Part shown: piece after piece, positions 16,175 to 24,689 of the stretch
Numbering within the stretch: the first letter of the stretch is position 1
How the letters are laid out: the number at the start of each line of letters is the position of its first letter
From: a virus
Length of the DNA: 64,000 bases
Virus record (IMG/VR): IMGVR_UViG_3300045988_126619
Coordinates: 64,001 to 128,000 of that record
Reading direction: 5' to 3' (one strand)
The notes under the pieces: generated by a model
The model's database searches: none
Told to the model about the DNA's origin: nothing
The model's input: the letters and a program-made list of their open reading frames with translations, nothing else
Program-made: the position numbers and the translations under genes

Positions 16175-16203
16175 TTGACACAACATAAAATAAATGATAT
16201 AAT
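16175..16203 (+). promoter_or_regulatory. consensus promoter with UP-like tract and box
   Basis: -35 TTGACA 16175-16180, 17-nt spacer, -10 TATAAT 16198-16203. Confidence 0.8.
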
Positions 16204-16252
16204 AAGTACATAAACTAAATCAAATAAATAATATGAAAAGGTGGTAATAAGT

Positions 16253-16852
16253 ATGATAAATGAAAAGGTAGTAGCATTATTAAATGAAGTATTTGCAGGT
16301 GAAAGCATTGATAGTATTGAATTTTGGGATGATAACACAATAGTGGTTGATGGACAAACATTTCTTGTGTTAGATGATAGCGAAGCTGATGAATATTACA
16401 ATGATTATCAAAAGGAATTAATTGATGAAGTAGGTCTTGAAGGTTTTAGCGGTAGTTTCCAAGATTGGATAATTGACAATTGTATTGACGAACAACATTT
16501 CTTTGACATTATGAATGAAAGTAATGAATGTTACTTGGATGATATCGAAGTAGAATGTTCAAATACTGGAGAATATGACAATAGACTAGAAGAAGAAATA
16601 GCCGAAAATGGTTGTGCAGATAGGGAGGAATACTTAAATTTCCTTAATAGTAATTATGATAACGCCATAGAATGGTATAGATTTAATTTTGGCAATGAAC
16701 AATTCAAAGACTACATTAAAGATAATGACTATGTTATTGATTGGGATTCAGTAATTGAAGAGTGCAAAAGCGTTGACGGTAGAGGAACATTATCAAGCTA
16801 TGACGGTGAAGAAATAGAGTTGGAAAATGGATTTTTTGCATATAGATGTTAA
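16253..16852 (+). CDS. strongly acidic hypothetical protein
   Basis: ATG 16253 follows SD AAAGGTGGTAATA; the track start at 16241 is inside the SD. Very Asp/Glu-rich, so a DNA-mimic or anti-restriction role is only a guess. Confidence 0.55.
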   Translation: MINEKVVALLNEVFAGESIDSIEFWDDNTIVVDGQTFLVLDDSEADEYYNDYQKELIDEVGLEGFSGSFQDWIIDNCIDEQHFFDIMNESNECYLDDIEVECSNTGEYDNRLEEEIAENGCADREEYLNFLNSNYDNAIEWYRFNFGNEQFKDYIKDNDYVIDWDSVIEECKSVDGRGTLSSYDGEEIELENGFFAYRC

Positions 16853-16864
16853 TTGAATATAGTT

Positions 16865-16892
16865 AAGAGGAATATAAACAAATATTCCTCTT
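16865..16892 (+). terminator. terminator-like hairpin (no T-run)
   Basis: Perfect 11-bp stem AAGAGGAATAT/ATATTCCTCTT, 6-nt loop. Confidence 0.45.
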
Positions 16893-16949
16893 ATAGTGTA
16901 GTCAATTAAGGCAAACACAAAATAAATAATTAAAGGTGGTAATAAGATT

Positions 16950-17540
16950 ATGTTAAGTTTAAAGTATCAAATCTTAAAAGAAGGTATCAAGTTAATAAGC
17001 GATGAAATGGTGGAAAATTTAGGAAAACAAGAAAATTTAAAATTATATGATATTGCATTTAATGCAAATGACAATGATTATGAATCATATTTTTATGATT
17101 TTTGTGTTGACAATTACGAACAATTCAAAGAGGTAGAAGAGTCGTTCTATACTAAAAGAGAATATATAGGGCGTACAAGTTCTTTTTATATAGTTTCTAA
17201 TGGTGGTTTTATAGGTAGTTGCTACAATGGGAAGGATTATTCAAATCTAAGCAATTTAGATAAAAAAATAATGGTTATAGATGAATATTTAACAAGTCGA
17301 ATATCTGGAATGATTAACATATATGACGATATGAGCGTATTTGATGCTGACATAAGATATATAAGTGAATATGATGAAGACAGTCAAATAATAGAGGAAA
17401 TAATTGAAGATATGAAACAATACTTATTATCTAACTTGGAAGAAATCAACAACACTTATAAATATATTGCAAACTTTAAAGAGAACCAAGTTAAATATTG
17501 GGATGAATATATAGAATGTTTGAAATCAGAAGAGTTTTAA
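16950..17540 (+). CDS. hypothetical protein
   Basis: SD AAAGGTGGTAATA upstream, preceded by the box at 16919-16931. Confidence 0.6.
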   Translation: MLSLKYQILKEGIKLISDEMVENLGKQENLKLYDIAFNANDNDYESYFYDFCVDNYEQFKEVEESFYTKREYIGRTSSFYIVSNGGFIGSCYNGKDYSNLSNLDKKIMVIDEYLTSRISGMINIYDDMSVFDADIRYISEYDEDSQIIEEIIEDMKQYLLSNLEEINNTYKYIANFKENQVKYWDEYIECLKSEEF

Positions 17541-17567
17541 AAATTAATAAAAACTTTATTAAAAGTG

Positions 17568-17596
17568 TTGACATAAAATAAATTATACTGTATAAT
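17568..17596 (+). promoter_or_regulatory. consensus promoter with UP-like tract
   Basis: -35 TTGACA 17568-17573, 17-nt spacer, -10 TATAAT 17591-17596. Confidence 0.8.
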
Positions 17597-17666
17597 GTAA
17601 GTATAGTAAATGATTAAAGCAAATCAAATAAAAAATAAAATAAATGATATGGAAAGAGGTAATAAT

Positions 17667-18350
17667 ATGAAAACTGTATTAAACTTAAAAACTATAACTT
17701 TAGAGGTGGAAATTAGAAACTGGAACGTAGAAAATGAATTGTCAATATGTGCGGAGTATAATGGTTCATGTGGTCAATGTTTAGATAGCATTAAAAGAGA
17801 TATTGACAAACTTAATTTTACAGACGTTGAAAAAGCAGAAGTTTTAAATATCATTAGCATATGGGAGGAATATCACTTAAAATCTATTCCAAGTGATACA
17901 ATGGTAAACTTACAAAACTCTATTGATAAACTACAAGGAATTATTGAAGAATATGCACAAAAGGATATAGACGATATTAAGGAGGAAATTAAAGAATATT
18001 TAAAAGACAATATTGAAGAAACTATAACAATTGTAGGTGAGATAAATAGCTGGAATGGTTGTTTAGAAGATTATGCTTTAAATGTAAATGATGAATATTT
18101 CTTTGAATCATACTTTGAAGGTAATCCATATGGAGTTGTTGAAGCACTTCACAACAATGATTATTATAGTATTAATGATGATTATGTTACATTTGATATG
18201 TATGGACATTTAGTATCATATAGTGAGTATGAATACCATGAATTACTAGAAGATAACATAGAGGAAATTACAGACGAACTTATTGACAATTTATCTCATG
18301 TATGTTTATCTGATGATTTACAAGAAATAGTTAACAAAATGTATGAATAA
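17667..18350 (+). CDS. hypothetical protein, paralog family C
   Basis: SD AAAGAGGTAATA before ATG 17667. MKTVLNLKTITLEVE aligns with MKTKLVVNGLTLNIE of 15132..15620. Confidence 0.6.
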   Translation: MKTVLNLKTITLEVEIRNWNVENELSICAEYNGSCGQCLDSIKRDIDKLNFTDVEKAEVLNIISIWEEYHLKSIPSDTMVNLQNSIDKLQGIIEEYAQKDIDDIKEEIKEYLKDNIEETITIVGEINSWNGCLEDYALNVNDEYFFESYFEGNPYGVVEALHNNDYYSINDDYVTFDMYGHLVSYSEYEYHELLEDNIEEITDELIDNLSHVCLSDDLQEIVNKMYE

Positions 18351-18441
18351 TTGAATATAAATAATAGATATCTAAAAGGTATCTATTAATATGTATTCAA
18401 TATACATAAATAAAATATATTATAAAGGTGGTAATAAGATT

Positions 18442-18723
18442 ATGGATTATAAAAACATTTTTAAAGCAATTAAGAAACAACTTAAAGACACACACAATTA
18501 TGATTGTATTTCAATAGATAGCAGAAAGAAGACTATATTTTTAGACAATCTAAAAGGATATAACAGTATGACTAATTTCTTCAAAGGTCTTGATTATAGT
18601 CCAACAAATCATATTGTAATAAATGATATAGACTTTATTATAGTAGGTTTTGCTTACTGTGACGGAGTATTTTCAAAGGTTTTTATCAAAGAATATAACC
18701 AGTTTTTAAAAGATGGTAGATAA
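18442..18723 (+). CDS. hypothetical protein
   Basis: SD AAAGGTGGTAATA before ATG 18442. Confidence 0.55.
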   Translation: MDYKNIFKAIKKQLKDTHNYDCISIDSRKKTIFLDNLKGYNSMTNFFKGLDYSPTNHIVINDIDFIIVGFAYCDGVFSKVFIKEYNQFLKDGR

Positions 18724-18748
18724 TATATGAAAAGGTGGTAATATAAAA

Positions 18749-18889
18749 ATGTATAAGTTAAGAATTGAAGAGTTAAGAAGTAAGCAAGTATTAAATAAGG
18801 CTGAATACAGAGAATTAAAACGTCTAAAGGATATAACAGTCGTTGTTATTATAATCACGCTATATGGGGCAATTATCGCTATTCTGTAA
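18749..18889 (+). CDS. 46-aa peptide with a C-terminal transmembrane (TM) segment (below the track cutoff)
   Basis: SD AAAAGGTGGTAATA upstream. MYKLRIEELRSKQVLNKAEYRELKRLKDITVVVIIITLYGAIIAIL. Confidence 0.45.
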   Translation: MYKLRIEELRSKQVLNKAEYRELKRLKDITVVVIIITLYGAIIAIL

Positions 18890-18969
18890 AGTTTATATAT
18901 ATTCAGCATACTAATTAATAGTATGTTGAAATATGTATAAAACATTAATAAAAACTTTATTAAAAAGTG

Positions 18970-18998
18970 TTGACGTAAAATAAAATAAATGATATTAT
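18970..18998 (+). promoter_or_regulatory. sigma-A-type promoter with UP-like tract and box
   Basis: -35 TTGACG 18970-18975, 17-nt spacer, -10 TATTAT 18993-18998. Confidence 0.55.
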
Positions 18999-19046
18999 AT
19001 ATACATAAGGTAACACAAAATAAATTAACGAAAAGGTGGTAATAGT

Positions 19047-19931
19047 ATGATAAAAGAATTAAAGGGCATTAAAATTTTAGAGGTTGTTGGAAGTGAACAA
19101 AATATAATTGAAGAAATCAATTTTGTTGATACAACTAATACTAAAGTTATTAGAGTTGAATTTATTGAAGATATGATAACAACTGTTGTAATTAAAGATG
19201 GAAGAACAAAACATTATAATAGACTATTAAAGAAGTATGAAAGAGTTGTTGATTATGTTTCTAAGCATTTAGCAGATATGAGAAACAAAGTCGCAGAAAT
19301 AGTTAACAAAGATTCAGAGGAAATTGAAGCAGGAGCAACATTTAGTAGCTTTTTACACAATAGAATATCAACTATGAAAAAAGATAATATTAAGATTCAT
19401 AAATATTGTTATTCTGATGATATTGTAGTAATGATTGACGATAAATTTACTTATGAATGTAGATTTGAACAAGATAGTGAATTTTATAGTAACTTAAATA
19501 AAATATTCAAGAAAACAGTTTGTATTACAATTGATGATGAAAATAATATTGTGGAAATTAAAATTGATTATGAAAATATCGAATTAAAACACGATGAAAG
19601 TGGACTTTATACACCCAATAAAAAATATGAAAATATTGTTAATGGAATTGTAAGAAGAAAAAACAAACTTTTAAATCAAGCAAGTGAAATAATTAAAATA
19701 GATAAAGTATGCGAACACAATTACGATAAAGACTATGCAATGTTATATATGAACGATATTGTTAAAAATGTTAATGTAGGGATAGAAAATGGTATATTAA
19801 TCAGTTATTCAAAAGGGCAATATAAAATATCTATTGGATTATCTGACTATTGTGAATTGAACGTAAATCTAAATCCTAATAGTAAACTATATCAGATGAT
19901 AAAAGACAAATACAAAGGATTATTTGAATAG
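19047..19931 (+). CDS. hypothetical protein
   Basis: SD AAAAGGTGGTAATA upstream. Confidence 0.6.
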   Translation: MIKELKGIKILEVVGSEQNIIEEINFVDTTNTKVIRVEFIEDMITTVVIKDGRTKHYNRLLKKYERVVDYVSKHLADMRNKVAEIVNKDSEEIEAGATFSSFLHNRISTMKKDNIKIHKYCYSDDIVVMIDDKFTYECRFEQDSEFYSNLNKIFKKTVCITIDDENNIVEIKIDYENIELKHDESGLYTPNKKYENIVNGIVRRKNKLLNQASEIIKIDKVCEHNYDKDYAMLYMNDIVKNVNVGIENGILISYSKGQYKISIGLSDYCELNVNLNPNSKLYQMIKDKYKGLFE

Positions 19932-19945
19932 TGGAGGTGAGTAAA

Positions 19946-20338
19946 ATGAAGAAAATTGACAACGAAAATGATTTACAAAGATATTTATATAAAGATGGAT
20001 TAACAAAAGCTTATGGCTTAAATGATATATACGTGTCAAAAAGTGGTGCGGTTGTTAGCATTAAATTATTTAATAAAGGATATAGAATAAAGGATGTCAA
20101 TGTTAGTAAAGGCACAAAAGGACTATTAAAATTCAATTATTGCGAAAATGGAAAAGTCACAAGTATATTATTACACAAAATAATTTACGATACCTTTAGT
20201 ACAGATAAAAGTAGTCACGGAGAAATATGCTTTATAGATGGCGATAGTAATAATTGTAGTTTTAACAACTTAATAACTGTTAGTGAGTTGTTAGACTACT
20301 ACAAACAACACAATAATGTTAATAAATTAGTGGGATAA
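19946..20338 (+). CDS. HNH_3-like homing endonuclease homolog, probably degenerate
   Basis: LLHKIIYDTF..GEICFIDGDSNNCSFNNL resembles hrlv..v.HidGdk.NN...NL, but Phe replaces the first His. SD GGAGGTGAG upstream. Confidence 0.4.
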   Translation: MKKIDNENDLQRYLYKDGLTKAYGLNDIYVSKSGAVVSIKLFNKGYRIKDVNVSKGTKGLLKFNYCENGKVTSILLHKIIYDTFSTDKSSHGEICFIDGDSNNCSFNNLITVSELLDYYKQHNNVNKLVG

Positions 20339-20354
20339 ATAGGAGGACTGAAAA

Positions 20355-20534
20355 ATGTTAAATATATTAAATAATGTTACTTTAATTCTAGGATACTCAT
20401 GTTATGTTGTAATTGCTTATATAGCGTTTGTATTAGCTTGTATAAGAATTGAAAAGGCAATTAAAAGGAAGAGAAAAACAAAAGCGTTAAAGGAGCGTAA
20501 AAAAAGATTTATGGAGGTTTTAAAATCAGCATAA
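20355..20534 (+). CDS. 59-aa membrane peptide with a basic tail (below the track cutoff)
   Basis: SD TAGGAGGA upstream. A hydrophobic core is followed by KRKRKTKALKERKKR. Confidence 0.5.
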   Translation: MLNILNNVTLILGYSCYVVIAYIAFVLACIRIEKAIKRKRKTKALKERKKRFMEVLKSA

Positions 20535-20563
20535 AATAATCAATAAAGTTTTTACTAAAAGTA

Positions 20564-20592
20564 TTGACAATAAATAAAATAAATGATAATAT
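20564..20592 (+). promoter_or_regulatory. sigma-A-type promoter with box
   Basis: -35 TTGACA 20564-20569, 17-nt spacer, -10 TAATAT 20587-20592. Confidence 0.55.
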
Positions 20593-20637
20593 ATAATCAA
20601 GGAAAACAAATAAATTAAAAAAGGTGGTAATAAGATT

Positions 20638-20982
20638 ATGTTAATGAATAAAATGAAAGAATTATATTTAAAAAATAAGTTTAAAAATGTTACACTTGAA
20701 AATTTTGATGATTTTGAAGATGAAATTTTTTACTACTTAAACATAGAAGATATCGAACAAAAATATATAAATCAAGCCAAAAAATTCGATGGTGAAAACT
20801 ATATGTTAAGTTGTTTTAGATATCTTATAGTTTACGATACAGAAAAACAAAAGTATACTGCGGGTATTTTAGAATACATTACGGAAAATGATGGAATACA
20901 AGAAATGGATTATTTAAAAGAAATGGAAATACGTATTCTAGGGGGAATAATAGAAAAAGAAAGAAAGAGTAAAGGGTGGTAA
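20638..20982 (+). CDS. hypothetical protein
   Basis: SD AAAAGGTGGTAATA upstream. Confidence 0.6.
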   Translation: MLMNKMKELYLKNKFKNVTLENFDDFEDEIFYYLNIEDIEQKYINQAKKFDGENYMLSCFRYLIVYDTEKQKYTAGILEYITENDGIQEMDYLKEMEIRILGGIIEKERKSKGW

Positions 20983-20986
20983 TAAT

Positions 20987-21205
20987 ATGAAAAATGTTTA
21001 TGGTGTAAAATTAACAAAAAAGGATATTGAAAATACAATATCAATAGCAATGGATTTACAAATGTATGGATATAATTTTGAATACTTTCATTCAGAATAT
21101 ACAGATAAGTTAAGTGAAGAAAACGCACTAAAATTATGGGATAAAGCAAAAGCGTTAAATAAAACAGTTACTAGGAAATCAATTGCAGAAATATATTTTT
21201 CTTAA
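20987..21205 (+). CDS. hypothetical protein
   Basis: SD AAAGGGTGGTAATA upstream. Confidence 0.55.
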   Translation: MKNVYGVKLTKKDIENTISIAMDLQMYGYNFEYFHSEYTDKLSEENALKLWDKAKALNKTVTRKSIAEIYFS

Positions 21206-21254
21206 AATAAAAAAAAGATTATTAAATTATTAAATTAAAAGGTGGTAATATAAA

Positions 21255-21632
21255 ATGAAAAACATGAAAAACTTATTTATAAAGGCTCATAGATTAACAA
21301 AGGAAATTAAATCAGAGTTCAAAGGGGTTGACTATAAAGCACAATTTGGAATATGTATAAAGTTTTTTAGAACAAAATCAAATGGTATGAGTGCATTTGT
21401 CGGAGCAATTGGACAACTATTTCAAAATGTAAAAATGAATGTTGAAAAAGTTATAACTTTTGCAAATGGTTCATACGGATATACTTTAAAAGATGAACAA
21501 GGGAACTTGTATAAGTGGTTAAGCAAGTTTGAAATAAAAGGGGTAGACGTATTCTTTAAAAGGTTCATTATTAAAAGGCACGTAACACAAAATGGAATAT
21601 GTTATAATTCTATTGGAAGGTGTTTAATTTAA
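21255..21632 (+). CDS. hypothetical protein
   Basis: SD AAAAGGTGGTAATA upstream. Confidence 0.55.
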   Translation: MKNMKNLFIKAHRLTKEIKSEFKGVDYKAQFGICIKFFRTKSNGMSAFVGAIGQLFQNVKMNVEKVITFANGSYGYTLKDEQGNLYKWLSKFEIKGVDVFFKRFIIKRHVTQNGICYNSIGRCLI

Positions 21633-21681
21633 AGGTGTTATTGACACAAAATACACTATAAATAAAAAGGAGATAACAAAA

Positions 21682-22113
21682 ATGTTGACAAATTTTAAGA
21701 TAATTGAAGAAAAGTTAATTGATAATATGGAACTTATAAAAAATAGTTCGGATATTAATAATATAGGAATTATTGAAGAAAAAACCATGATTAAATGTTA
21801 TAATAATAATACATTAATTTCTTGGTGTGTAATTTCTAAAACAACTGAAAAATTAATGAAAGACTTTTTTAAATATGATGTTAATTATTTAGAAGAAGAA
21901 GAAAAAGAACAATATACAAAAGATTTTATGAATTGTATTTATATAGATTTAATTAAAAGTGAAGTACCAAAACAAGGTGGAGCAACCGCAATAATTAGTT
22001 ATTTAAAAAATAAGTATAATAAAATATGGTTATATTCAACGTTTGAAGCTATGGATTTTTATGATAAAATGAATTTTAACAATTATGATGGTGAATATAT
22101 TTACTATATTTAA
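21682..22113 (+). CDS. possible GNAT-family acetyltransferase
   Basis: KQGGATAII (motif A-like Q-x-x-G-x-A) and C-terminal FYDKMNF. SD AAAAGGAG upstream. Confidence 0.4.
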   Translation: MLTNFKIIEEKLIDNMELIKNSSDINNIGIIEEKTMIKCYNNNTLISWCVISKTTEKLMKDFFKYDVNYLEEEEKEQYTKDFMNCIYIDLIKSEVPKQGGATAIISYLKNKYNKIWLYSTFEAMDFYDKMNFNNYDGEYIYYI

Positions 22114-22128
22114 AAGGAGTGTAAAAAC

Positions 22129-22344
22129 ATGGAATTAATAGTCGAAGCAAAAGATTTAAAATCAGATGATATATTATTAGATAGGGGAAATTTACAAGTG
22201 CAAACCGTAAAAACTAATTTTGCAGATAATAGAATAAGATATGACGATATTACAACAATTACTTTTAATGATGATTTTCCTAGTAACTTATATACAAGTC
22301 CAGACACAATGTTTAGAATTTTTAGAAGAGATATGGAGGAATAA
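22129..22344 (+). CDS. hypothetical protein
   Basis: SD AAAAGGAGTG upstream. Confidence 0.55.
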   Translation: MELIVEAKDLKSDDILLDRGNLQVQTVKTNFADNRIRYDDITTITFNDDFPSNLYTSPDTMFRIFRRDMEE

Positions 22345-22346
22345 AA

Positions 22347-23054
22347 ATGCAAACAAATTTTATAAATAATTATGATATTAAAAACTTTGAGTTAATGAAT
22401 ATGAATAAAATTGACACGGTTTATGATGGCAAAAGAATAAAAGTTTATGCAGTTGAATTAAAAGCAACAACAAAAGATAAAATAAAATTTATAGATATAA
22501 TGAAGAATGGAATTGCAACATATTTTATTAATCTATTTACATTATGGGTAGATGAAAAGAATAGTTTACCTAAACAAAAAGGGCGTATGAATACTATTAA
22601 TACAAATAGTAAAATAGCTTGGATTAAAAGAAATGATACACAACAACAAATAGGAACGTCATACGGTGTAGGCATGATAAGAGATAATAAATCTTATATT
22701 AGAATGTTAAATGATAATATGATTTTTGATGATAAAGACAAAGAACTATTTGTAAACTTTTATTTTCATCAATTACTTATAGAACTTGAAATAGCTGAAA
22801 GGAAATATTTTAAAGAAACAGATGTCAGAATGATTAAATTAAGACAACTAACAGAATATATAAATAAATACGGTCAACTGAATAACAATATTAAAGTTAA
22901 TGACATTCTTTGGAACGGTGACGACAATATTGAAGAAAACGACATTGACTATTTGATAGAAAAATACAAAGAAATAGAAAAGGTATTTACTAAAGTATCA
23001 AATGAAGTCCTTGAAAAATATCCACAATGGAAATATGAAGATGAAGAAAAATAA
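22347..23054 (+). CDS. hypothetical protein
   Basis: SD TGGAGGA upstream. Confidence 0.6.
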   Translation: MQTNFINNYDIKNFELMNMNKIDTVYDGKRIKVYAVELKATTKDKIKFIDIMKNGIATYFINLFTLWVDEKNSLPKQKGRMNTINTNSKIAWIKRNDTQQQIGTSYGVGMIRDNKSYIRMLNDNMIFDDKDKELFVNFYFHQLLIELEIAERKYFKETDVRMIKLRQLTEYINKYGQLNNNIKVNDILWNGDDNIEENDIDYLIEKYKEIEKVFTKVSNEVLEKYPQWKYEDEEK

Positions 23055-23214
23055 AAAAGCAGGAATACATTATACTATCTCTTTTATATTGCGGTTATTA
23101 GCTTCATATAGAGGTTTTATAAATGTTCGTGATAAATTATTTAACTAAAAATAAAAGGCTTGTATAAAGCTAATAAGAGTATTAGAAATAAAATAAATGA
23201 TATTGTAAAATATG

Positions 23215-23243
23215 TTGACAAATATTTATAAGTCATATATAAT
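23215..23243 (+). promoter_or_regulatory. consensus promoter (first of a tandem pair)
   Basis: -35 TTGACA 23215-23220, 17-nt spacer, -10 TATAAT 23238-23243. Confidence 0.7.
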
Positions 23244-23296
23244 AATACTTGTAAGGAACGAACTTACAATAAATAAAATAAATACTAAAAAAGGTG

Positions 23297-23325
23297 TTGA
23301 CAATACACAAGATAAATGATACAAT
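23297..23325 (+). promoter_or_regulatory. sigma-A-type promoter (second of a tandem pair)
   Basis: -35 TTGACA 23297-23302, 17-nt spacer (atacacaagataaatga), -10 TACAAT 23320-23325. Confidence 0.65.
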
Positions 23326-23360
23326 AATAGTGTAGTAAAGAGGAAGCGAGGTAATAAAGT

Positions 23361-24335
23361 ATGAAAAAATACCTATACGAACAATATTTCAACGAACTAA
23401 ATGAAGATTTAAAAGTTGGTAAGGTTAGGGAAAACACTTACAAATCAAAGAAAAGTGATTTGAACACGCTTTACAATTATATGGCAGAACTTGGCTATAC
23501 AACAGAAAAAGATTTTTTTGAAAATGTTAGGCAATCAGATATAGACCAGTTTGCAGAACAATTAAAAACACAATATAAACCTTCCACATATAACAGAAAA
23601 ATAGCAACATTTAAAAAGTTTTTTAACTATCTAATTGACAATTCTTATATAGTTAATGTAAACTATTTTAACAATATTAAACAAATATCTAATGATATAG
23701 TGGAGGAAAAGACAAAAGAAAAAGATATTATTTCTATTGATAAAGTAAAAATGTTGTTAAATGCAACAGAAGAAAAAGACCAAGAAAAACAAAGTACATT
23801 TGAGTTTAATGCAAAAAGAAATAAAGCAATAATTACTATTTTAACTTGTTATGGTAGTAGAATTGAAGAAATTTTATCAACAAAGTTTTCAGACATAAAG
23901 GAAACAGAGAATAAAATTCAATATATAGATATTCCAAAAACTAGAGTTAAAAATCGCTTGCATAAAAGAATATTTATTGCAAATGCTATAAAAGAAAGCT
24001 TGGAGGAATATTTAAAAATCAGAAATGAAGTTCTACCATACAATGAAGATGATTATATATTCAGTAGTGTAAATGGTAAAAAATTGACTAGCAATAACAT
24101 AAATGAAGCATTAAGCAACTTATGTAAAAAAGCAAATATAAATAAACATATCACGTGTCATTGTTTTAGACATATTTGCACGTTAGCATTACAAGAAAAA
24201 TCAATACCAGAATACGACATTGATTATATTATAGGTTGGAAAAAGGGGGATTCTATGCAACAGAGATATTCAAAACATATGCCAATAGAAAAGATTAATA
24301 AAATTATATCCGCCACGGATTTACTGCAAAAATAG
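23361..24335 (+). CDS. tyrosine recombinase / phage integrase family
   Basis: GSRIEEIL (Arg), HCFRHICT (H-x-x-R), GWKKG..QQRYSKH (catalytic Tyr region), and an N-terminal SAM-like core-binding domain. Confidence 0.8.
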   Translation: MKKYLYEQYFNELNEDLKVGKVRENTYKSKKSDLNTLYNYMAELGYTTEKDFFENVRQSDIDQFAEQLKTQYKPSTYNRKIATFKKFFNYLIDNSYIVNVNYFNNIKQISNDIVEEKTKEKDIISIDKVKMLLNATEEKDQEKQSTFEFNAKRNKAIITILTCYGSRIEEILSTKFSDIKETENKIQYIDIPKTRVKNRLHKRIFIANAIKESLEEYLKIRNEVLPYNEDDYIFSSVNGKKLTSNNINEALSNLCKKANINKHITCHCFRHICTLALQEKSIPEYDIDYIIGWKKGDSMQQRYSKHMPIEKINKIISATDLLQK

Positions 24336-24364
24336 AATATGTCATACGGAGGAAGAATGTTTTT

Positions 24365-24607
24365 ATGGGGTTAATGGAAAAAGAAGATGTAAGATTATTA
24401 TTAGCGAAAACGGAAATTGAGGAAAAAATCGTTTCACTAACAAATTTAAAAGAGAATACTATCAAGTTATTTGTACAAATAGACATTGGGAAAGTTTATG
24501 ATATAATAAATGATGGTAAAAATTTTGAGTTAATATTTATAAGTGGAAATAAAACAAAAATTACATTTTTAGATAAACATAATAATAAAATGTTATTAGA
24601 AATGTAG
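24365..24607 (+). CDS. hypothetical protein
   Basis: SD CGGAGGAAG upstream. Confidence 0.5.
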   Translation: MGLMEKEDVRLLLAKTEIEEKIVSLTNLKENTIKLFVQIDIGKVYDIINDGKNFELIFISGNKTKITFLDKHNNKMLLEM

Positions 24608-24612
24608 ATATA

Positions 24613-24640
24613 TTGACAATTGGGATATATCCACTATAAT
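24613..24640 (+). promoter_or_regulatory. sigma-A-type promoter with a GGATATATCC palindrome in the spacer
   Basis: -35 TTGACA 24613-24618, 16-nt spacer, -10 TATAAT 24635-24640. Confidence 0.6.
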
Positions 24641-24689
24641 TATTAACAAATACGAAAATAAATGATAAAAAAAAGGAGATGTATTCCAA

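Noticed and set aside
21641-21675. TTGACACAAAATACACTATAAATAAAAAGG as another box promoter.
   Set aside because: No -10 hexamer sits at a workable spacing from the TTGACA. It is probably a decayed copy, and the gene is likely read through from upstream.
21682-23360. Arbitrium-type aimR/aimP genes upstream of the yopP/Q/R-like block.
   Set aside because: There is no ~380-aa TPR-like ORF and no short secreted-peptide ORF with a signal sequence. The upstream ORFs are 143, 71 and 235 aa with no such features.
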